A DNA stretch of 64,000 bases, from the NCBI GenBank assembly GCA_947623225.1, contig CANQGO010000002.1, positions 16,714 to 80,713 on the forward strand, read 5' to 3'. Source of the stretch: an uncultured Clostridia bacterium (lineage in GTDB: Bacteria; Bacillota; Clostridia; Christensenellales; CAG-314). The translations under genes and the position numbers were made by a program. The notes beneath the pieces are model-generated. The model made no database searches. It was not told the DNA's origin and saw nothing but the letters and a program-made list of their open reading frames with translations. The number at the start of each line of letters is the position of its first letter. Position 1 is the stretch's first letter. Shown in pieces: positions 53,373 to 64,000 of this stretch.

Positions 53373-55190
53373 TCAATCGTGCAAAAATTTGTATAATGCT
53401 TCCGCGACGGGACGCGTCATCCCGGGGGTATCGGATATCTCATCCACGGTCGCCGCCTTCAACGCATCCATTGACTTGAATTTCCTGTGTAATTCTATCC
53501 GTCGCTTTTCTCCTATTCCGGGAACATCCTGCAAGACGGATCTTATGCTCGTCTTATTGTGCAATTTGCGGAAATACGTGATAGCAAAACGATGGCTCTC
53601 GTCACGAATATTGATGAGCAGATTCAGCGCGTAACTATTGCGCGGCAAATATGTCGGCTGATTCGTGCCCAACGTATATACAAGTTCTTCCTGCTTGGCG
53701 AGCGACACCAATTGCACTTCCGCTCCGGACTCTTCCATTGCCTGTCGGGCATAATCCAACTGTCCCAAGCCGCCGTCTACGACTATCAGGTCTGGCGTCT
53801 TGCCGAACACACCGTCATCTTGCTTCATACGCTCGAATCGCCGCAGAAGCACCTCGCGCATGCTCGCAAAGTCATTGGCACCCTCCACTGTTCTGATCTT
53901 GAACCGACGGTACTGCGAGGCGTCCTTCCTGCCGTTGGTGAACACGACCATGCTCGCCACCTTGTCCACGCCCTGCACATTGGAGATATCATAGCACTCC
54001 ACGCGCAAAGGCAATTTCTTTAAGTGCAGCAAGTCTTTGAGTTGCAGGACTGCGCCCTGCGTCGCATTGTACTTCCGGTCTATCTCCGTCTGGCTCTTGG
54101 TCAGATACTCTACGGCATTTCTGTAAGACATATCCACCAATCTTTTTTTGTCCTGCATCTTGGGACAGTATACTATCGTTTTGACGCCTGTCTTTTCGCT
54201 GATCAGCTGTTGCAACTCGACTGCGTCCGGTAGCTCTATATTGGTATATATCTCTCCGCACAACTTCACCATCTCGCAATATTCGGCAAGAAAACTGGAT
54301 AAAGTTTGTGCTTCGTCTATGCCTGCGTCGGTGATAGCGTTGTTGTCGGAGAATACCACCTTTCCGCCACGTATCATTGTGTGATTTACCACACAGTTTT
54401 TTCCGTTGCTCGCCACTGCAAACATGTCGTAATCCACAAACTTGCTGAGCACGACTATACGTTGTTGATTGATTTTGTCTATCAACTGAATATAACGCTT
54501 GTAGTTAAGAGCCTGCTCATACTGCATCTTTTCCGACGCTTCCATCATCTTCTGCTGCAATATGTCCCTCACTTCGCGGTCGTCCCCGGACAGAAACGCC
54601 ACTGCCCTGTTCACTATCTCTCTGTACTGCTCCTTTGTCACCTTGCCCACACACGGCGCACAACATTTGCCTATATGATAGTTCAGGCATGGACGAAAAT
54701 TCTTGGGCAGTTTGGTCAGATTGTTATTGCACGTGACCGTCGGGAATACACTGCTCAATATCTCCAGAAAAGCCTTCGCGCCCCCTTGTGTGATGGGGCC
54801 GAAATAGCGACACCTGTCCTTTTGCAGCTTGCGCGTGGCAACAAACTTGGGAAAATCCGACCTCAGATCCACTTTGATATACGGATATTGCTTGCCGTCC
54901 TTCAGCAAGATATTGTAAGGGGGAGTATATTTCTTGATCAGAGTATTTTCCAGACTGAGCGCGTCCGTCTCGCTGGCTGTGATGATATATTGAAAGTCCG
55001 TGACGTGACTGAGCATGGCAAGGACTTTCTCTGTCTTGTTCGTAGACGCATGGAAATATTGGCGAACACGATTTTTCAAAATTTTCGCCTTACCCACATA
55101 CAAAACATTGCCGTCGGCGTCGTACATGATGTACACGCCCGGCTCTGCGGGCAAATTCTTCAATTTTGTCTGAATATCCACACTTGCCAT
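53373..55190 (-). CDS. uvrC: Excinuclease ABC subunit C
   Basis: GIY-YIG domain GVYIMYDADGNVLYVGKAKILKNRVRQYF and a C-terminal HhH (VPGIGEKRRIEL), 605 aa. Confidence 0.95.
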   Translation of the reverse strand: MASVDIQTKLKNLPAEPGVYIMYDADGNVLYVGKAKILKNRVRQYFHASTNKTEKVLAMLSHVTDFQYIITASETDALSLENTLIKKYTPPYNILLKDGKQYPYIKVDLRSDFPKFVATRKLQKDRCRYFGPITQGGAKAFLEILSSVFPTVTCNNNLTKLPKNFRPCLNYHIGKCCAPCVGKVTKEQYREIVNRAVAFLSGDDREVRDILQQKMMEASEKMQYEQALNYKRYIQLIDKINQQRIVVLSKFVDYDMFAVASNGKNCVVNHTMIRGGKVVFSDNNAITDAGIDEAQTLSSFLAEYCEMVKLCGEIYTNIELPDAVELQQLISEKTGVKTIVYCPKMQDKKRLVDMSYRNAVEYLTKSQTEIDRKYNATQGAVLQLKDLLHLKKLPLRVECYDISNVQGVDKVASMVVFTNGRKDASQYRRFKIRTVEGANDFASMREVLLRRFERMKQDDGVFGKTPDLIVVDGGLGQLDYARQAMEESGAEVQLVSLAKQEELVYTLGTNQPTYLPRNSYALNLLINIRDESHRFAITYFRKLHNKTSIRSVLQDVPGIGEKRRIELHRKFKSMDALKAATVDEISDTPGMTRPVAEALYKFLHD

Positions 55191-55265
55191 CTTTGGATTT
55201 TCCCGTTATCTTACTTTTCAGGTCTATTATACCACAAAATGTGCACTATAACAATAAAAAAATCC

Positions 55266-55293
55266 CCGACCGACAGGTCGGGGTATATGATTG
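55266..55293 (-). terminator. Intrinsic terminator of the 55297-56025 gene
   Basis: CCCCGACC-tgtc-GGTCGGGG on the minus strand, followed by ATTTTTTT. Confidence 0.8.
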
Positions 55294-55296
55294 ATC

Positions 55297-56025
55297 CTAT
55301 CTGCTCTGACCGCTACGCGCATACGCTTGCAACAGACCGTTCAGTGCCACATTGATCTGCCTCTGCTGCTCGACGGTACGGTGTTCGTCCAGGCCTTTTT
55401 TTTGTAACAACTCGCTCGCTCTGCCGATGGTTTCGTCTGTCACTTCGCCTCTATTGAGTTTGTGGAGCGCGCTTACCGTATCCTCGACAACGGCGGACGG
55501 TTTGGGCGGCGTCACCCTTGTCAGCTGGGCAACAAATTGAGCAAAAAATTGCTTCGCCCGGCGTGTTTGTTTGCGGTATATGGCCTTGTCCGCAAAAAAG
55601 ATCAAAAGAAACGCCAACCAATATATCACCTGCGCGGTCAGATATAGGAAGTTGCGCGCGACCATCACAAAAACAGCCACATACGCAGTAGTCACGATCG
55701 ACGCTGTCACTATCATCCATAGCGCAATGACTCTTTTGCGCTTGGGTACAAACTCGAACACATGTGCCGGCTTGTCCGTGCCGCTATTGACAAACGCTCT
55801 CCACTGTCTGCGATAGTCCTCCGTCAATCGCGTCACATGCAGCGACGCGCGAGCAGGGTATGCGCGCAGGGCACTCGTGCAGGTGCGCATGCGCTTATTT
55901 TGCTTGCGATAGGGATCATACAGCCAGTTTACAACTCCGAACAGCACCGACAATGCCAAAGATGCCAACAAAAAAGCCGCGCTGTTCTGATCCAGGAAAT
56001 AGAGAATTCTCATTACAAAATACAT
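55297..56025 (-). CDS. Hypothetical membrane protein
   Basis: A 242-aa protein with 4 hydrophobic segments and a soluble charged C-terminus. GGAGG lies upstream of the ATG. I recognise no family. Confidence 0.6.
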   Translation of the reverse strand: MYFVMRILYFLDQNSAAFLLASLALSVLFGVVNWLYDPYRKQNKRMRTCTSALRAYPARASLHVTRLTEDYRRQWRAFVNSGTDKPAHVFEFVPKRKRVIALWMIVTASIVTTAYVAVFVMVARNFLYLTAQVIYWLAFLLIFFADKAIYRKQTRRAKQFFAQFVAQLTRVTPPKPSAVVEDTVSALHKLNRGEVTDETIGRASELLQKKGLDEHRTVEQQRQINVALNGLLQAYARSGQSR

Positions 56026-56139
56026 TGTTTACCTCCGTTTTGTACGATTGTTGACACTGTTGACGAAAAATAAAACAAGTATTTTATAAATCGGACAATG
56101 AAGCGTCCGAAGTATATCCGGACGCTACTTATATTTCTT

Positions 56140-59100
56140 TTACATTTGGATCAATTTATTGTCTGCCACCGAAAGTATGTAACACCGCACGTTGTCTATA
56201 CCGCAAATACGACGGACTGCCAATTTGTAACTATTGAGCTGTGCCTGATAACGCGATCCCACATTGTCGGAGCGATTGGTGTATTTGTAGTCAATGACTA
56301 CCGCTTCGTCGTCGCATATGACCAATAAGTCTATGACCCCCTGCAATATCACTTGCTCGTGCGGCTTACCGTCCGCGACCAACTCGTCATAGTAGGCATA
56401 TAGCATAAACGGTATCTCTCTATAGACTTTGCCATTATTCACTATCTTAAGCAACTCGGGATTGTGCAATGTTTGATATATAAGCCCCACGTCCAGTCTG
56501 TCGGCTAACGCCTTGTCCAGTCTGCCGTCATTCACCAGCGACTCGATCAACTCCGATATTTGTTCTTCTTCCATGGACCAGGACGCGTACTGCAACACTT
56601 TGTGGTACGCCGTACCCACTTCATTTCTGTCGCTTTCAAGTACAACGCCTTGCTCCGCACGGGGTTCCTCGTCCCCCGCAATATATTCCTTGTCCAGAGC
56701 GGAACTGACTACTTTAAGCGGGACCTCTTCGTCATAACTATACGGATAACGATAAGACAGTTTGCGGCGAACCTCATCGACTCCGACATACTGCTCGCAA
56801 ATTCCGTCGTTTTCTTTCAACTCAGACGCGCTTATATTGTCTATTATGTTGATTTCCACGCCCTCCTCCGACGTGCCGTTGTACTTGTTCCTCAAGCCTA
56901 TCATCAACCAATCCAGCATACTGTTGGCACGATTGGCTTGCTTGGGCAGTTCTTTCAACTGCTCATCCTTCACCGTAGCGACCAGATCAAGCACATATTT
57001 CGCACGCGTCATTGCCACATACAGTAAGCGCATTTCCTCTTCTCTCTGTTTTCGCTCGTTGTCCAATTGGCAAATAAAGTCTCCCAATGTTTGAGAACAG
57101 AGCATGGTATCAAAGTTGTAATAACTCAGCGCAATGCCCAATCGGGTATTGGTTTTCAGCGAAAATCTGTCGAAATTGAATGAACTTTCCAATCCGGCGA
57201 CGATCACTATCGGAAACTCCAGCCCCTTGGACGCATGTATGGTCATCAAGCGTACGGCGTTGGGAACATTCTGCACGTCGGAGTCCTTCTCCTCCGTCTC
57301 ATCTACATAGGACAGAAATTTATCCACGCTCTGTGCATAACTTGCCCCGCGCAAACTGTCTATAAACGTGTACAATTTGCCCAGTCGCATCTCGCCGTCG
57401 GGCAAACTTTGTACAGCCATCGCATAGTCCCGTTTTTCCAATATATACAGCACCGTTTCACATACCGAGACGCTACCGGAATAAAATCTCAAATCTTGCA
57501 GAAATTCCAAGAAAACGCGGATCTTACCGGCGATAACGGCGTCGTGCCCTGTCTGAGCATATATTCTCAACCTGTCGTAGAATGGTATACGCCCCTCTGT
57601 GTCCAGTCGCACCGGAACGAGATCGCTCTCGGACAAATTCCCAAACACGAGACAGGCGCCTACCATGTATACGTCGTTGTACGGATTGTCAATCACTCGA
57701 AGCAAATTTATGATATCGCGCACTTCCTTGTTGGCATATCCTTCCACCTTGAAAGAGGCGGCGACGGGTATGTTGTGCGCGACCAGTGTGTTGTATATCT
57801 CCGTGGCGCGATTGGTCATGGAGCGCATCAGGATCACCACGTCGCCATATCCGATAGTCTGCGCTCTACCGCTATCGTCAAAATACTTTTGCCCTACATA
57901 TTCGTTGATCTGCGCCGCGATAAGTTCACCTTGTTTGACCCCGTCATCCTTTTGTTCCTCGGCAGCGATGTCATATATCTCTTGGATCTCATTTTTTTCC
58001 TGCTCTGTTTTTCTGATAAAATTTACCCGAACGGATGCAGTTTTCAACTTGGGGGGCACATTTCCGACAAGTTTGGCATTGTTTTTATAGTCCTCTTGCC
58101 CGAACTGCTCCGTCATCAGATCCTCAAAGATATTATTTACGAATTGCAAAATTTGCACATTGCTCCGGAAATTATCGTTGAGCGTGAGTGCTCTTCCGCT
58201 ACAGTCTGAGCCATACCGATTGCGCTTAGCTACAAATATATCCGGATCGCACCCTCTGAAACCGTATATGGACTGCTTCACGTCTCCCACCATAAACAGA
58301 TTGTCACGAACGGCAAGCCGTTGTATGATAGCCTCCTGCACCGGGTTAGTATCCTGATATTCATCTACGAATATCATTTTGTAACGACTGTGTATGTCCG
58401 CAAGCGTAGGCTCGTCCTGCAAAAGAGCCAACGTCATGTGCTCCAGATCGTTGAAGTCCAGCCCGCCTAGGCGACGTTTCTCTTCGTCGAACAATTGGTC
58501 GAACCTGTTTATCAATTCCACCAACTTGTCCACATGTACTACCGATAACGCCATCTCTCGTCCCAGCGTTTCCAGTCTTTCGCCGCGATATAGTTCGGAA
58601 TATTTCTTTATCCTGTCGTCCAGTTGTTTCTTCAGCTGTCTGCAGTTCAATCGGATATTTTCTTCATATTCGGATATCTCGACATTTCTTTTTTTCGCAG
58701 GAATAGCTTGCAACTTTAGAGTGTACAGTTCGTCCAGCATCTCCTGCAGCGGCTTTTCTTCTATGGATCTCAGCGTGACAGCATTTGATCGCATCACGTC
58801 GGCATATTCCAGACCTAACTCGCTCGCTCTTTCATATAATTCGTCGAATTTATCCGCTTGATACCGCAACAATTGCCTTATATCCTCGCCGAGCATCAGC
58901 GCGAAAACATTGTCATCCCCATATGAGATGAAATTATTTCTTTTTTGCTCATACCATGTAGGAAAATCATCCAGACATCTCGTGAAATCGTACAGCCGCA
59001 TCAACGTCTCGCGAAAATTGTCCTCTCGCCGTCCTGTGGAGAAAATTTTGTATACTTCTCTGAAAACGCGGTCATCTTTAGTGAAATATTCGCCAAACAA

Positions 59101-59514
59101 ACTGTCCAGCGCATTTTTGCGAAGAGTAGCCGCGGTCAACGTGTCCAACACGGCAAATGCCGGATCGATATCTACCACATAGAAATAATTGCGTAGCAGA
59201 TCCACGCAAAATGAATGCAGTGTACATATAGCCGCCGTATCCAACTTCTCGAGTTGCTCTATGGCGCGTTTGTCACCGTGCATCCCGGATAATTTTTCGG
59301 CGAGTTTGGCCTTCATCTCCGCCGCTGCCAGGTTGGTAAATGTCACAACCACGATTTCTGATATATCCGCCCCTTCTCGTATCAGATCGGCTATTCGCAT
59401 GATCATCGTAGTGGTTTTGCCTGTACCGGCAGACGCCGACACCAACATGTCTGTATTTCGCAAGTCTATCACTTCGCCCTGTCGAGGCGTAGGCTTAAAT
59501 ATCTTTTCTTTCAC
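56140..59514 (-). CDS. addA: ATP-dependent helicase/nuclease AddA
   Basis: UvrD-type Walker A SASAGTGKTTTM, helicase motifs (FVDEYQDTN, TIHASKGLEF) and a C-terminal RecB-like nuclease (VIDYKYT), 1124 aa. Confidence 0.93.
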   Translation of the reverse strand: MKEKIFKPTPRQGEVIDLRNTDMLVSASAGTGKTTTMIMRIADLIREGADISEIVVVTFTNLAAAEMKAKLAEKLSGMHGDKRAIEQLEKLDTAAICTLHSFCVDLLRNYFYVVDIDPAFAVLDTLTAATLRKNALDSLFGEYFTKDDRVFREVYKIFSTGRREDNFRETLMRLYDFTRCLDDFPTWYEQKRNNFISYGDDNVFALMLGEDIRQLLRYQADKFDELYERASELGLEYADVMRSNAVTLRSIEEKPLQEMLDELYTLKLQAIPAKKRNVEISEYEENIRLNCRQLKKQLDDRIKKYSELYRGERLETLGREMALSVVHVDKLVELINRFDQLFDEEKRRLGGLDFNDLEHMTLALLQDEPTLADIHSRYKMIFVDEYQDTNPVQEAIIQRLAVRDNLFMVGDVKQSIYGFRGCDPDIFVAKRNRYGSDCSGRALTLNDNFRSNVQILQFVNNIFEDLMTEQFGQEDYKNNAKLVGNVPPKLKTASVRVNFIRKTEQEKNEIQEIYDIAAEEQKDDGVKQGELIAAQINEYVGQKYFDDSGRAQTIGYGDVVILMRSMTNRATEIYNTLVAHNIPVAASFKVEGYANKEVRDIINLLRVIDNPYNDVYMVGACLVFGNLSESDLVPVRLDTEGRIPFYDRLRIYAQTGHDAVIAGKIRVFLEFLQDLRFYSGSVSVCETVLYILEKRDYAMAVQSLPDGEMRLGKLYTFIDSLRGASYAQSVDKFLSYVDETEEKDSDVQNVPNAVRLMTIHASKGLEFPIVIVAGLESSFNFDRFSLKTNTRLGIALSYYNFDTMLCSQTLGDFICQLDNERKQREEEMRLLYVAMTRAKYVLDLVATVKDEQLKELPKQANRANSMLDWLMIGLRNKYNGTSEEGVEINIIDNISASELKENDGICEQYVGVDEVRRKLSYRYPYSYDEEVPLKVVSSALDKEYIAGDEEPRAEQGVVLESDRNEVGTAYHKVLQYASWSMEEEQISELIESLVNDGRLDKALADRLDVGLIYQTLHNPELLKIVNNGKVYREIPFMLYAYYDELVADGKPHEQVILQGVIDLLVICDDEAVVIDYKYTNRSDNVGSRYQAQLNSYKLAVRRICGIDNVRCYILSVADNKLIQM

Positions 59515-62500
59515 TTGTCACCGTCCTGTCTATAGCCGCCTTGTCCACGTCATCGTTGACTTTGCGCGTCTTGTACGTGTATACATCTCCGAAGTCGCAA
59601 ATATCCTTATAGTCACAATAATCGCACACCTTCTCATAGGGATTGACCGCAGCGTATCCTTGCCTCATCAAATTGCCGGCTCTACGTATAAGCGCGAACG
59701 CGTATTCCACCTGATTATCGAACTGACCGTCGTTCAACAGGCGAGTCCTTCCACGCTGCATATTGAATTCGCCGTTGTCTTTGAGAGACAATCCGAGTTT
59801 GACGCTGTTGCCATTGGCCAAGTTGCGATCTATCTGACATGCAATATCTTTGTCGTTGAGCGTCCTGCCATTGTATACGTATCTCTCACCTTCCGAAAGA
59901 TCTGCGAACTTATCGTGCATATTGAAGTAGTAAAAACCTGCCGGACGCAAATGCAACAGGTCCTCCACCGCTCGCACATATACGGGCAACTGCAATTTGT
60001 GTCCTATGTACAGATCTTTTTCACTGTATGAGGCGGCTTTGGCTCCGCTTTTGTAATCTATAACGATAAATCTATCGCCGCACGTGTCTACACGGTCGAT
60101 TTTGCCCACCAAGTTAAATTGACCTCCATCAAACTGTACTACCACGGGAGGCAATGCGCTCTTCCCTCCGAAGCTCATCTCCGTTGCATAGTTGCCAAAG
60201 TCGGATTCACGGAATTGTTTCTTGACCACCTTGCACATGCGAATGCTTTCCTGCCTCAGTTGAGACAATATTCCCGCCATCTTGACATCGTTTTTCAAGG
60301 CACGATAGAAGTCGTTATTCAACGCCTCGTCGAATTTTTCATTCGCTTTCCGTGCCGTAACCTCGTCATTCTCATCAGTATCCATATCCCTGACATAAGT
60401 TTCCAAAACGGCATGCAATACGTTGCCCAAGTCGGAGGACTGCAACTCCGCGACGGTGCGCGGACGCACATTCAGCCCGTATTGTATATAAAAGCAGTAC
60501 GGGCATTTATAAAAATCCGTCAATTGCGAAACGCTTGTGGACGCCTCTTTGAGATACAATTCTGTGCCGCGCGGTACGGATATTTCCTTACCGTTCTTCA
60601 ACGTCTCGTACGCAGCCAACTCATCCCCGTATAGCTGACACAACGCCTCATATGAGGGTAAGTCCACCAAACGGCGATCTTTTATTTTACGTCTGTTGCG
60701 CACCAACTTGGACTTGGCTTGCTTCTCGGTAAACACATCCTCGTCCATTTCATTGCTTGGCCGAAGTGGTTCTCTGTCCATCTCGAACAGATCGCATAGC
60801 TCGCGCACAAATGATGATGCAACCAGTCTGTCTTCTCCATCGGATACGGCATAGGATATGTATAATTTATCGGTAGGTTCCAAAAGCAACTGAAACAGAC
60901 TGAATCGTTCACGCCTGTTCTCTGTCAGTATTTGCGGTTCCATATTTATACCGCTGTTGACCAGATCGCGTATATTTCTATCCGTCAGTAACCGTGTATC
61001 GTGCTTGACTATAGGCATGGCGTCTTGATTCGCGCCCAACAGTGCCAGGAATTTCACGTCATGCTTTCTTGCCTTAGCCATATTGGCGAATATTACGCAA
61101 TCGTTATATACGGGAATGACGGAGACCTTGACTGCAGCCAATCCTGTCGAAAGCAATCGTATAAACTCATTCAATTTGACAAGTCTTTCTCCGAGCACCT
61201 TTTCCGCTTGCACAAGTACATTTTCAAACTTGTCTGCTGCTTGCGCCGTCACCTTGCTCTCGAAATCCATACCTTGCCGTTGTTGCAACTCAGCCAATCT
61301 GTCGTTCTTCCCCTTCAAGTCCGAGACTTCTATAAGGCTGCGGACAAAGGACACATACTCTCCCACGGTTGCAGAGTTAGGGGCTTTAAGCGTACTATAT
61401 AGCGCGTTAAACTTCGTTCTGAACTCATTTGCGCCATTATACATTTCGTCCGTTTTGCCGAAGTCGAATCTGTCGAAGCGGTAGGATATGTTGTACTTCA
61501 GACAATAGTTTTCAAACAAAAATACGTTCTCATCCACCTCGGCATTTTCGCCGCCGCAAAACAGATAATTCTTCACAAAGGGCAGAACGCCGGACAATTT
61601 ACCGCCGTTGCGGCAAAGCGCAAGATAGTCCACTACAAATCTCGCATATGGATGGTCGGCAAGGATATATTGCCTGTCGCAAAAATATGGTATACCGAAT
61701 TCACTGAATACTGTCGAAACAGCATTGAAATACTTGGCTACGTCACTGGCGACCACATATACATCCCTGTATCGTCCTCCGCAACGCACATACTTGCTGA
61801 TCATGCACGCCAGCGAATACACCTCGTCCGACCGCGTTGCGCCTTCGAATACCTCTATGAATCCATCGGACTCCATAGGAGATGCGTCATTATAGCGGAA
61901 AAGGTTTTCTCCTATTTGCTTGGCGAACCTGTGCGCATACCCTCCCCCATGTATCACATTCGGCGCAATGTCATTTTCTTTACAGATATTGCATGCCCCT
62001 CTGTATATATCGTTCAGATACAACCGTCCGTCGTTGTTTCCGACGCAGCACGCGATCGTTACTCCACGTGATTTGAGCATCAATTGCTCGATGATTTTCA
62101 ATTCTTGTGCTGAGAAATTGTCAAAATCATACAGATAGTAGTACCCGTTTGTTGAAAAATCCGTCTGAGACAGTGTCTCGCACAGCAGATCCAGCTTATC
62201 GGCGGAATCAATAAAGCGATCTTTGGTATAATCCAGATACGCTCTGTACAACAATGCTATATCTTCCACCTTGCCGCGCACGCTCTTCGGCAGCTCACGC
62301 GCCAACATTTCCGGAGTGATACGACAATATTTCATCATGCTCAGCGTCTCATAAATATTTTCCACAAAGCCCTGCGAATCTATTCCGCGCTTATAGCACT
62401 TGAGCTTGTCGCGATTGTCGCGTATTATCCCGGAAAGGACCATGATGCCCGCTTGCTTGGACAAATACTCGTATTTCGGCAAGACATCCGCCGCCAAACG

Positions 62501-62695
62501 TCGAAACGTCTTAACTTGTACGTTAAAACTTCCTTTAAGTGCGCGCAAAATCGCCCGCTCCGCTTCCAACGAAGCGCGATCCGGGACTATCACGGTATGC
62601 ATCACATCCAGATTAGATCGATCTACGCGCGAAAGTACGTCCATTACGTATTTTTCGGCGTCCGCCATTGTATTAGTTGTATATATAGTAATCAT
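59495..62695 (-). CDS. addB: Helicase-exonuclease AddB
   Basis: The start is corrected to ATG 62695 (MITIYTTNTMADAEKY). The C-terminal nuclease has Fe-S cysteines (CPYCFY … CDYCDYKDICDF). It overlaps addA by 20 nt. Confidence 0.9.
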   Translation of the reverse strand: MITIYTTNTMADAEKYVMDVLSRVDRSNLDVMHTVIVPDRASLEAERAILRALKGSFNVQVKTFRRLAADVLPKYEYLSKQAGIMVLSGIIRDNRDKLKCYKRGIDSQGFVENIYETLSMMKYCRITPEMLARELPKSVRGKVEDIALLYRAYLDYTKDRFIDSADKLDLLCETLSQTDFSTNGYYYLYDFDNFSAQELKIIEQLMLKSRGVTIACCVGNNDGRLYLNDIYRGACNICKENDIAPNVIHGGGYAHRFAKQIGENLFRYNDASPMESDGFIEVFEGATRSDEVYSLACMISKYVRCGGRYRDVYVVASDVAKYFNAVSTVFSEFGIPYFCDRQYILADHPYARFVVDYLALCRNGGKLSGVLPFVKNYLFCGGENAEVDENVFLFENYCLKYNISYRFDRFDFGKTDEMYNGANEFRTKFNALYSTLKAPNSATVGEYVSFVRSLIEVSDLKGKNDRLAELQQRQGMDFESKVTAQAADKFENVLVQAEKVLGERLVKLNEFIRLLSTGLAAVKVSVIPVYNDCVIFANMAKARKHDVKFLALLGANQDAMPIVKHDTRLLTDRNIRDLVNSGINMEPQILTENRRERFSLFQLLLEPTDKLYISYAVSDGEDRLVASSFVRELCDLFEMDREPLRPSNEMDEDVFTEKQAKSKLVRNRRKIKDRRLVDLPSYEALCQLYGDELAAYETLKNGKEISVPRGTELYLKEASTSVSQLTDFYKCPYCFYIQYGLNVRPRTVAELQSSDLGNVLHAVLETYVRDMDTDENDEVTARKANEKFDEALNNDFYRALKNDVKMAGILSQLRQESIRMCKVVKKQFRESDFGNYATEMSFGGKSALPPVVVQFDGGQFNLVGKIDRVDTCGDRFIVIDYKSGAKAASYSEKDLYIGHKLQLPVYVRAVEDLLHLRPAGFYYFNMHDKFADLSEGERYVYNGRTLNDKDIACQIDRNLANGNSVKLGLSLKDNGEFNMQRGRTRLLNDGQFDNQVEYAFALIRRAGNLMRQGYAAVNPYEKVCDYCDYKDICDFGDVYTYKTRKVNDDVDKAAIDRTVTSERKDI

Positions 62696-62866
62696 CAAAT
62701 ATATTGTAACATTTTTTTTACTTACTGGCAATAGTAGTGCGATTTTATTGTCAAATAATGTCCTTTCGTTCTTGTCGCAAAATATCATTTGCAAAAGCAT
62801 TGTATATATGATATAATTATTTATTATAAAATACTTGGGATCATATGCCCACGTTTCGGAGATAAG

Positions 62867-63997
62867 ATGAAAAGAAAACTTACGATCCTTTTATTGCTAT
62901 TGCTCGTTGCCACGCTTTCGCTTACAGCATGCAACCGAGCCACTCCCACTAAGATCATCTCTCGTTGGCAAAGCGACGAAAGCTATACGTTCCGCATAAG
63001 TCTTGCAGATTTCGCCGTCGACCCGGATACGGGTGCTACTAAAAACGAATTCAAGACCACTACCGACGGAGACACTGTTTACTATAAAGACATGTCTATG
63101 CCGGGAGAGAACTTTACCGCTCTGGATGAAATTCGCCCCGTTGCCGTCGACGGACTTTATAAACTCGATATAAAACTGACCTCCACGGATCAATGGACCG
63201 TCACGACAGAACAAGAAATATACGCGCAGTACAAAAAATCCTCTCTTGCTCAAAACGGCTCCACTTTGGACTTGACAAAATGCGCCGCATGGACCGACCT
63301 TCAAACCAGAACGGCAAGCGAAACGGAAATAGCTGCTACCGCTCTCACCCCGTCGGATGATTCGATCATTCTCAAATCCACGTCCAAGACCAATGCGGTT
63401 TTCTACGATAACACCCAACGTCCGGTCTCATCCTTTACAGAAGTACACGGTTTCTATATTGGGCTGGCAAACCAGCAATTGACCGACTACACGACAGAAG
63501 CGCATTACGACTACAGCAATGAACGCAAACCTCGCGTCACCGGCAAACGCAACGACGAAAGTTTTGAATACAAACTGCAACGCAACGCCAATGTAATAGA
63601 CACCAATCAACTGCTTCTCTATATTCGCAGCATCAATAAAACAACGGACAGTTTCCAAGACACCCCCGCAGTATATATGTTCGATCCGCTGACCGGACAA
63701 GTTATGAGCGTTTCATTCACCTTCAGCTACACCAATCCGTTTATCATCACCGACTTGAACCGCGCCGATGATACGACAAAGAAAGTCTCACTCAACGCTG
63801 TCGCGGCCACCGTCAACGGTTACGCGTACCTCCTGCAACAAAACATTCCCGACGCCGCAAAAATTGATACAATGGACGCCGGAGAAAAATGCAAATATAC
63901 TACCGTGCGATTCAGAGTGGGCTATCTTGCATATGAGCTGGACACCTACACGCCCGAAGTATGGTCCGCCCTCAAACCCACCTACTCACAAGACTGA
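62867..63997 (+). CDS. Lipoprotein of unknown function
   Basis: The start is corrected to ATG 62867. MKRKLTILLLLLLVATLSLTACNRATP is a signal peptide plus LTAC lipobox. I recognise no family. Confidence 0.7.
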   Translation: MKRKLTILLLLLLVATLSLTACNRATPTKIISRWQSDESYTFRISLADFAVDPDTGATKNEFKTTTDGDTVYYKDMSMPGENFTALDEIRPVAVDGLYKLDIKLTSTDQWTVTTEQEIYAQYKKSSLAQNGSTLDLTKCAAWTDLQTRTASETEIAATALTPSDDSIILKSTSKTNAVFYDNTQRPVSSFTEVHGFYIGLANQQLTDYTTEAHYDYSNERKPRVTGKRNDESFEYKLQRNANVIDTNQLLLYIRSINKTTDSFQDTPAVYMFDPLTGQVMSVSFTFSYTNPFIITDLNRADDTTKKVSLNAVAATVNGYAYLLQQNIPDAAKIDTMDAGEKCKYTTVRFRVGYLAYELDTYTPEVWSALKPTYSQD

Positions 63998-64000
63998 TTT

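Noticed and set aside
1-64000. A search for CRISPR arrays, rRNA genes, riboswitches or T-boxes upstream of gltX, murC and the transporters, and for intact integrases or transposases.
   Set aside because: I found no regularly spaced direct repeats and no rRNA-like sequence. gltX and the other candidates are preceded directly by upstream genes or short gaps with no room for a leader. The only transposase-like sequence is the short IS30-like stub.

Overview
This 64-kb chromosomal segment reads like a spore-forming Firmicute of Clostridia type. It has a gerA-type germinant receptor operon, AddAB, DegV, an ECF S-component, DUF951 and many 4-nt ATGA gene overlaps, and is roughly 50% GC by eye. I call 53 intact protein genes: three are missing from the ORF track (one because it is cut by the window edge), and many others get corrected starts. 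I also call one tRNA-Pro(CGG), four pseudogene fragments, two candidate small RNAs, and a set of intrinsic terminators, promoters and palindromes. Most of the window is housekeeping: murC, rpmE, gltX, ychF, uppP, uvrC, addAB, tadA, dut, rlmH, lepB, mscL, radC and pepV. There are also carbohydrate genes (GH94 phosphorylase with a solute-binding protein, LacI and GH3; GH2; a GPH symporter) and ABC exporters. The one clearly accessory stretch is a ~2.2-kb AT-rich islet (23731-25909) between an ATP-grasp gene and the gerA operon. My top hunt result lies there: two paralogous modules. Each module has a ~145-nt minus-strand sRNA candidate with a conserved TTGACA/TGnTAAAaT promoter, mosaic perfectly conserved blocks, a position-conserved hairpin and a strong intrinsic terminator. 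Each sits back-to-back with a small, very basic ORF of no recognisable family. Around the modules are a small 2-TM ORF, a truncated Zot-like P-loop gene, a stop-interrupted paralog, a frameshifted gene and an IS30-like remnant. Other items worth a second look are listed below.
- A polyferredoxin-like membrane protein is fused to an extracytoplasmic TlpA-type thioredoxin, next to a membrane protein ending in CTECIGLG.
- An HxlR-controlled cupin-SDR-macrodomain-SirTM operon lacks the usual GcvH-L/LplA2 partners inside the window.
- A 48-aa nine-cysteine mini-ORF is not in the ORF track.
- An ATP-grasp ligase and an M18 aminopeptidase are coupled by an ATGA overlap.
- A Cys/His-repeat lipoprotein lies downstream of tRNA-Pro, behind a 490-nt AT-rich leader with a long inverted repeat.
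All family assignments come from motif recognition by eye. No database search, folding or statistics could be run.
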